Assembly (NCBI GenBank): GCA_964619725.1
Contig: CAZUFC010000016.1
Span: 33,563 to 97,562 of the forward strand
Reading direction: 5' to 3'
Source: an uncultured bacterium
Lineage (GTDB): Bacteria; CSSED10-310; CAZUFC01
Length of the DNA: 64,000 nt
Each line of letters starts with the position of its first letter. The stretch's first letter is position 1. The position numbers and the translations under genes are program-made. The notes beneath the pieces were generated by a model. That model was given only the letters and a program-made list of their open reading frames with translations. It did not search any database and had not been told where the DNA came from. Below, piece by piece: positions 59,096-64,000 of this stretch.

Positions 59096-60286
59096 ATGTT
59101 TTTAAAAAGAGTTTTACCGCTTTTTCTCACCCTGCTCATTTTTTCTTTTTCCATAGCTTTCGGGACGGAGAATCCGGGTTATGAGCCTGTTGATTCAAAA
59201 CTGCTGGAAGCTGCGGCGGAAGGTTGGTTGACGGACGCGGAATATCCGGGGTGGAAAGAATCCGATCTCGGAATGCCTTATCGTTTAGAAGACCTGGAAG
59301 GAAATGCTACGGCATGGCTGTATCCTGTCGTGAAGGATTCTGAGATTCAGGGTTACATGACGTTATCGGGCAGAGCCGCTTTCAGTCCGCTTTTCATGCG
59401 TTCAGAAGATACGAAAATGCCGTCGTTGTGCAGGCGATTCACGGATATGGGAAGCCGTCTTATTTATTTGAGCGCGTTCTATTATTTTGCAGAGTATTAT
59501 CGAAGTCTCGACACTCCAGTATACATTCATCTTCCGACTATGAACGAATACAGCCTGGAAAAAGTTTCTCGAATTCAAAAAACCTATTATTCCAGGACCC
59601 AAAAGCAAATAAAGGAAAGCCGCATTCATTGGAAGGAGCTGCAAGAAGGGAGTTTCTTCGACAAGATTAAAGCTTCGGCTGAGATTCCCAACTCAGAAGG
59701 TTTCAACTGGTACAGGGGTTGCGGCCCGACGAGCATAGCGATGATTTTAAGGTGTTATGGAAGAAACGGTTTTCCGTCGTTAAACGAGAATGTACAGGAA
59801 TTCTGGTGGTGCGGCCAAAGAAAGTTTTCATCCAGAGACCTCCATGATGCTGTAGCGGACGCCTGCGGCCTTCCTTTGGACAGTTGCGAATACGAAGTTT
59901 ACGGAGCGACAGCCGGACAGTTGAAAAGCGCATTTGAAAGCGTCGCATCGGATTACGGTTACTACATGACGGCCTGGGTGGACAATAATCCGGTTATGCA
60001 TCAGTATCGCTTCGAAATACTGGAAGGCGATCCGATATGCATTGCGATATACGAAGACGGCGGTCCCGGCGATTACGACAACCATGCTATCATGGGCTAT
60101 GGCTACAATTTCGGCGCGCAAAGACTGGCTAGAATCTACGATACCTGGTCCCGAATGTCCGCGGAATACGCTCTTGAAAATTTCGTCTTCTGGAGCATGA
60201 TACGAACCGAACCGGGAGCCCCATCAGGACCTTACATGATGTTTTATTATGAAATATTACAACGTTGGCTTGACGCCGCAGAATAG
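59096..60286 (+). CDS. Secreted C39/C10-like cysteine peptidase with N-terminal prodomain
   Basis: AAGGAG SD; signal peptide; WYRGCGPTSIAM (Cys), NHAIMGYGY (His), IYDTW (Asp). Confidence 0.75.
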   Translation: MFLKRVLPLFLTLLIFSFSIAFGTENPGYEPVDSKLLEAAAEGWLTDAEYPGWKESDLGMPYRLEDLEGNATAWLYPVVKDSEIQGYMTLSGRAAFSPLFMRSEDTKMPSLCRRFTDMGSRLIYLSAFYYFAEYYRSLDTPVYIHLPTMNEYSLEKVSRIQKTYYSRTQKQIKESRIHWKELQEGSFFDKIKASAEIPNSEGFNWYRGCGPTSIAMILRCYGRNGFPSLNENVQEFWWCGQRKFSSRDLHDAVADACGLPLDSCEYEVYGATAGQLKSAFESVASDYGYYMTAWVDNNPVMHQYRFEILEGDPICIAIYEDGGPGDYDNHAIMGYGYNFGAQRLARIYDTWSRMSAEYALENFVFWSMIRTEPGAPSGPYMMFYYEILQRWLDAAE

Positions 60287-60350
60287 CTTATCGGGTGTTG
60301 TTTTTTCCAACTTGAATTCTGTTGTTCAACGCTTTTATCAGTTTTTCAGT

Positions 60351-60542
60351 GACTGATCAAACCGGGGTTACACTTTTTCGTTCAAAGCCGTTTGTTCAGG
60401 TATCGGGGTCGGTATTGGTATCGCAATCGGAATAAATCATTGTTAGGAGATGTATTTTGTCTTTATAAGATTTTCAAAGCTTCTCAATTATTCCAGGCTG
60501 CGATAATTGAAAGCTCGAAACACGGATATATGATCAATGCCG
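60351..60542 (+). repeat. Left arm of a ~190-bp imperfect inverted repeat
   Basis: Matches the reverse complement of 63577-63767: 26/28 identity at the outer end (GACTGATCAAACYGRGGTTACACTTTTT) and 77/98 ungapped over 60445-60542 (hand alignment). Confidence 0.9.
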
Positions 60543-60618
60543 TTTTTCAACTGCTCTTTAAGGTAACAGACTTCACAAACAATAATCCCGAAAGGTACGC
60601 TTCTGATATTAGTCCTGT

Positions 60619-63102
60619 TTATTTGCTGCTCTGCCGTTCTCGCTCACTCAACATATTCAATAAATCGTCAGCGACTGTTTTCTGACCTTCCTTCTTGCTT
60701 CCAGCCTCAGCAGGTTTCGTCTGTACTTTAGCGCCGTCATTTAAAATCGCCCACGCAATCATTTTAAAAACCGGTTGATGAGACTCCCCGGTGCGTTCTA
60801 TTAATTCATATCCGAAATCGCTTACTTGTTTCTTCTGCTTCATCTCATTCAGCAAAACTCTGGCTTCTTTGACTGACGCCTGCTGTTCCTTTCCCGCGCT
60901 CGATTCCTGCTTCTCCGCCGTCTCCGACGTCTGCTCGCTTTCCGTTTCTTTCATCCAGTTCGTTATCTGCTCCAACATTTCTTCACAGCATGCCTGCTCT
61001 GCCTCTTTCGCTTTTTTGGCTTGATAGACTTTTGTTTTGAAGGTTTTCTCATCAGGCGATACCCAGGCTGCAAAGCAGCGAAATCCCACCGGAACGGCAA
61101 CAGGTTCGACCACAGCCTGTTTCAGCTTATGTTTCATTACAAATTCCAGCAGTTTTCCTTTCGGGTTCTCCAATTTCAATCTTTGAATCTCCTCATCAGA
61201 CAATGAAACGACTTTTTCTTCCGCATGCCTTTCCGCAATGACCGAAAGGAGCTCCCTGGCAGCGAGTTGTTCCGCCATCCTTTCACTGTGTGCATCTTTT
61301 ACTCCGCTGGAAAGTATCTCATCGTCAAGCCTGACCTTTAACTCGACCACATGCCTGCCCTTATGCAGTGTAGCGAGTTTTTCAGGCGCCGGCATATTTC
61401 GCCTGGCGCAGAATTCAAGCAGCGTTCCCTTGGGATTCTCCTTTTTCAAATCTTCCTCAAGCGCTATTTCTTCCGGCGTAGGCTCGGCAAGAGGAGAGCG
61501 TTTCGTCAGGGGCCATAAATGGTCCTGCTTTTCTTCATGAAATTTCGCCAATCCCGTTGCGACAAGCGCATGACCCAATTCCAGCCGTTTTTTCTCCTCA
61601 ACCTTTTCTCCAAACCAGGCTTGCGACAGTATCTCAAGCGAAACCGGCTCTCCGGTTGCAGGACCAAGAAGCGCAGCCGCTTTTTCCGGGGTGATCTTCA
61701 ATCGAGCTGTTTCTTTGCCCTTTTCTTGCGGTTTCTTTTTGCGTCTCAGCGGATATTTTCGTTCTATGACCGTTCCGTCCTCAGCAATGACGATATCCTT
61801 CGTCGTCAGCGAATCAGCCATTATCTTCTTGGCTTCCGCATCCCCGTGAATAAGCACGACCGTTCTCGGATTGAAAGATTCAGTGAATCCAGCCATCTGC
61901 ATCCTGTCCGCATGCGCGGATAAACGATATGAATCGAATTTACATTTCACTTCATACGTTTCTTCACCCAGCTTTAATTCCTTTTCCTTGTTCTCCGCCA
62001 GCGCAAGCAATGCCCTTCCCGGCGATTCCTCATCCTGGTAACCCGTTATCAATATCGCATTCTTCTCATTCTTTACCAACTCCGATGCATAAAACGCAGA
62101 GGGGCCTCCGGAAAGCATTCCGCTAGAGGAGACGATTATACAGGGAGCCTTTTTCAGTATCTCTTTTCTCTCATCAGGAGATTTTACCGGGTGAATGTAG
62201 TCTGTATAAAAAGCGTTTGAGGATTTTCTTATCTTGTACCGTAAGCTTCTCGAAGCGTACTTTTCATGAGTGGAATAGACCTGATTCACGGCCCTTACCA
62301 TGCCGTCGGCATATACCGGCAATTGAGGCATCCTTTTGTTCTGCATGGCCCATTGCAATATCAGCAGAACTTCCTGTGCACGGCCGATTGCAAATGCCGG
62401 GATGAGAACAATTCCCTCTTCCGTTACAACTTCATTTACTTTCCTTATTAATTTTTCTTCCGCAGTTTTCCTGTTCGAATGCAAACGGTTGCCGTACGTC
62501 GCTTCGCTTATGATAATATCAGCGCTGACTTTCGGTCTGATCAATCCGGGAACCGTTCTCTGCGACGATACGCTGTAATCCCCGGTGAAGAGCGCTTCAC
62601 CCGCGGGAGTCGTCACATGAATCATTGATGCCCCTAAAATATGCGAAGCAGGATGATAGCCAACCACAACATCCTTTACCGTTACAGCGTCGCCATGCTG
62701 TATCGGAATGCACATCGACAACATGCTGTTTACCTGCTTTTCAGTATAAAACGGAAGTTCGCCCTCTCTCTCCAGGGCCGACTCCATTAATCGCAACGCA
62801 TCACGCTGCAGTATGGTCACCAGTTCCAAAGTCGGAGGCGTCATATAAATGGGAACACCGGGAAATGCTTCATGCAAAATCGGCAATGCACCTGTGTGAT
62901 CCGTATGTGCATGACTAACCAAAACAGCATCAATGCTCTTCCCCGTCAAAGAATCCAGATCGGGAATCGGATTATCCCCCTTGATCCTGGTTCCGCAATC
63001 AACAATTATCGCCGTCTCACCCGTTTCCAAAAGCATGCAGGATGCACCTATCTCGCTCGCTCCACCCAAAAACTCTATCTTCATGTTAGTCGATTTCGTC
63101 AT
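60619..63102 (-). CDS. Beta-CASP (CPSF3/YSH1-like) metallo-beta-lactamase ribonuclease fused to three dsRNA-binding-motif-like domains
   Basis: FLGGASEIGASC, SHAHTDHTG, SHILGA, FTGD, SEATYG, IPAFAIGRAQE, SSGML.GG.S, GYQDEESPGR, SAHAD, IHGD; dsRBM-like units near aa 555, 645 and 745. Confidence 0.88.
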   Translation of the reverse strand: MTKSTNMKIEFLGGASEIGASCMLLETGETAIIVDCGTRIKGDNPIPDLDSLTGKSIDAVLVSHAHTDHTGALPILHEAFPGVPIYMTPPTLELVTILQRDALRLMESALEREGELPFYTEKQVNSMLSMCIPIQHGDAVTVKDVVVGYHPASHILGASMIHVTTPAGEALFTGDYSVSSQRTVPGLIRPKVSADIIISEATYGNRLHSNRKTAEEKLIRKVNEVVTEEGIVLIPAFAIGRAQEVLLILQWAMQNKRMPQLPVYADGMVRAVNQVYSTHEKYASRSLRYKIRKSSNAFYTDYIHPVKSPDERKEILKKAPCIIVSSSGMLSGGPSAFYASELVKNEKNAILITGYQDEESPGRALLALAENKEKELKLGEETYEVKCKFDSYRLSAHADRMQMAGFTESFNPRTVVLIHGDAEAKKIMADSLTTKDIVIAEDGTVIERKYPLRRKKKPQEKGKETARLKITPEKAAALLGPATGEPVSLEILSQAWFGEKVEEKKRLELGHALVATGLAKFHEEKQDHLWPLTKRSPLAEPTPEEIALEEDLKKENPKGTLLEFCARRNMPAPEKLATLHKGRHVVELKVRLDDEILSSGVKDAHSERMAEQLAARELLSVIAERHAEEKVVSLSDEEIQRLKLENPKGKLLEFVMKHKLKQAVVEPVAVPVGFRCFAAWVSPDEKTFKTKVYQAKKAKEAEQACCEEMLEQITNWMKETESEQTSETAEKQESSAGKEQQASVKEARVLLNEMKQKKQVSDFGYELIERTGESHQPVFKMIAWAILNDGAKVQTKPAEAGSKKEGQKTVADDLLNMLSERERQSSK

Positions 63103-63299
63103 TCCTTGACTGTAGAGCTTAAGATTCCCTCAAAAGAACCTCTTTTAATTTCCGTTACTTCCACCGATATGCTGTCCATAAACATGTCAGCTATTTTGTC
63201 GTTCTGTCGGGCGCTGACGGCATTCGACAGAATTATTGCCGAAGTTAGAATGATCGACAACAGCGCACAGCGAAGAAATAAAACTTTTAACTCTCTCAT
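63099..63299 (-). CDS. Small signal-peptide-bearing protein translationally coupled to the beta-CASP gene
   Basis: GAAGGAG SD; hydrophobic core ending AVSA; ATGA stop/start overlap with the 63102 start. Confidence 0.55.
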   Translation of the reverse strand: MRELKVLFLRCALLSIILTSAIILSNAVSARQNDKIADMFMDSISVEVTEIKRGSFEGILSSTVKE

Positions 63300-63576
63300 A
63301 ACCGAGCTCCTTCAATCAGATGAATGTTGCTTTTTACAAGATCGGACAACCCAGTTACGGATACTGTCCTATCGAAAATCCTTTATAATTAACCTTTTCG
63401 ACTTGTCTTGATATATTTCGGTGAACAGAAAAGCAGGCAGTTCACTGAGGAGACATTTACCGCCATTTCATCGTCAAAGCCGCAAGGAAAAAATTGGAAA
63501 TCGTTTTCTTGCAGCCTACTTTTCCCTTATCTCCTCATAGTTATTCCATCAAAAAACGGGAAAGGAGTCAAATCTC

Positions 63577-63767
63577 CGGCGCTGATCAGATATCCTTGTT
63601 TCGAGGTTACAATTTTTGCACCCTTGAATAATTACGAAGCTGTGCAAATATGATCAGGACAAGACATATCTCCTCGTAATCAGGTTGGTTCGACCCCGAT
63701 ATCGACCCCGACCCCGAAACAAATAGTCAAACGTTTTGAAAAAAGTGTAACCTCAGTTTGATCAGTC
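63577..63767 (-). repeat. Right arm of the ~190-bp imperfect inverted repeat
   Basis: See left arm; also contains CGACCC hexamer runs and an internal inverted pair GAGGTTACAATTTT (63603-63616) / AAAAGTGTAACCTC (63741-63754). Confidence 0.9.
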
Positions 63768-63840
63768 CCAAATTTCCAAAGCATCATGCACTGTAAAAAA
63801 TCAGCTTCCGGTTGACGACCGCTAACATCAAACAATACCA

Positions 63841-63872
63841 AGCGGCCCCGATGAGAAGTTCAAAGGGGCCGT
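63841..63872 (-). terminator. Stem-loop downstream of the edge gene
   Basis: AGCGGCCCC...GGGGCCGT inverted repeat about 30 nt past the stop at 63901. Confidence 0.45.
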
Positions 63873-63900
63873 TTGAGTAATGTTTTTTATTCAGCGATTA

Positions 63901-64000
63901 TTATCTGCTTTTTTCCCTCCTCAGGAAACCCGTCAGCATTGAGCTCAGGACGAGCATCAGGATAAGGAACCCGCTTCTTGAGAATGCGGGAATGGGAGCC
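63901..64000 (-). CDS. 3' end of a gene with an IPTL-CTERM-like tail (truncated by the window edge, absent from the ORF track)
   Basis: Minus-strand translation APIPAFSRSGFLILMLVLSSMLTGFLRREKSR*. Confidence 0.75.
   Translation of the reverse strand, partial: APIPAFSRSGFLILMLVLSSMLTGFLRREKSR

Noticed and set aside
60392-60685. ORF 60392..60685 and ORF 63408..63653 as genes; inverted-repeat arms as a coding remnant
   Set aside because: They overlap the repeat arms. One frame gives similar peptides in both arms (IDHISVFRAFNY / ADQISLFRGYNF), but both contain the same internal TAA and I found no convincing start, so nucleotide similarity alone explains it.
60351-63767. Calling the cassette an autonomous IS or transposon
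   Set aside because: No transposase, integrase or target-site duplication is visible, so it is reported only as inverted repeats.

Overview
Bacterial chromosomal window of moderate GC, dominated by cell-envelope and secreted-protein genes. I found no rRNA, tRNA, CRISPR array or transposase. Main blocks in order: (1) the 3' part of a GT-C glycosyltransferase, a lipoprotein and a duplicated beta-helix surface protein; (2) a tandem pair of secreted TlpA/redoxin paralogs, one with CxxC and one split by an in-frame UGA (UxxC) followed by a SECIS-like hairpin, so very likely a selenoprotein that the ORF track missed; (3) an acyltransferase-esterase fusion; (4) a probable sigma54-driven PPIase-MoxR-DUF58-BatA-E operon; (5) methyltransferase and radical SAM genes plus a murJ-GT-C-UbiA-geranylgeranyl reductase operon; (6) further GT-C, sulfatase-like and BNR-propeller genes; (7) amidase-GerMN-rph, PLD, ADH, methyltransferase, TauE, lipoproteins, nitroreductase and a C39-like peptidase; (8) a beta-CASP (CPSF-like) ribonuclease fused to three dsRNA-binding-like domains, translationally coupled to a small signal-peptide ORF and bracketed by ~190-bp imperfect inverted repeats. 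Block 8 is the best candidate for an undescribed system. Secreted proteins repeatedly carry one of three C-terminal modules: IPTL-CTERM-like tails, an unnamed ~115-aa domain, or choice-of-anchor-X-like repeats. Two intergenic arrays are built from inverted heptamer tracts. All family calls come from motif recognition by eye; no database searches were run.
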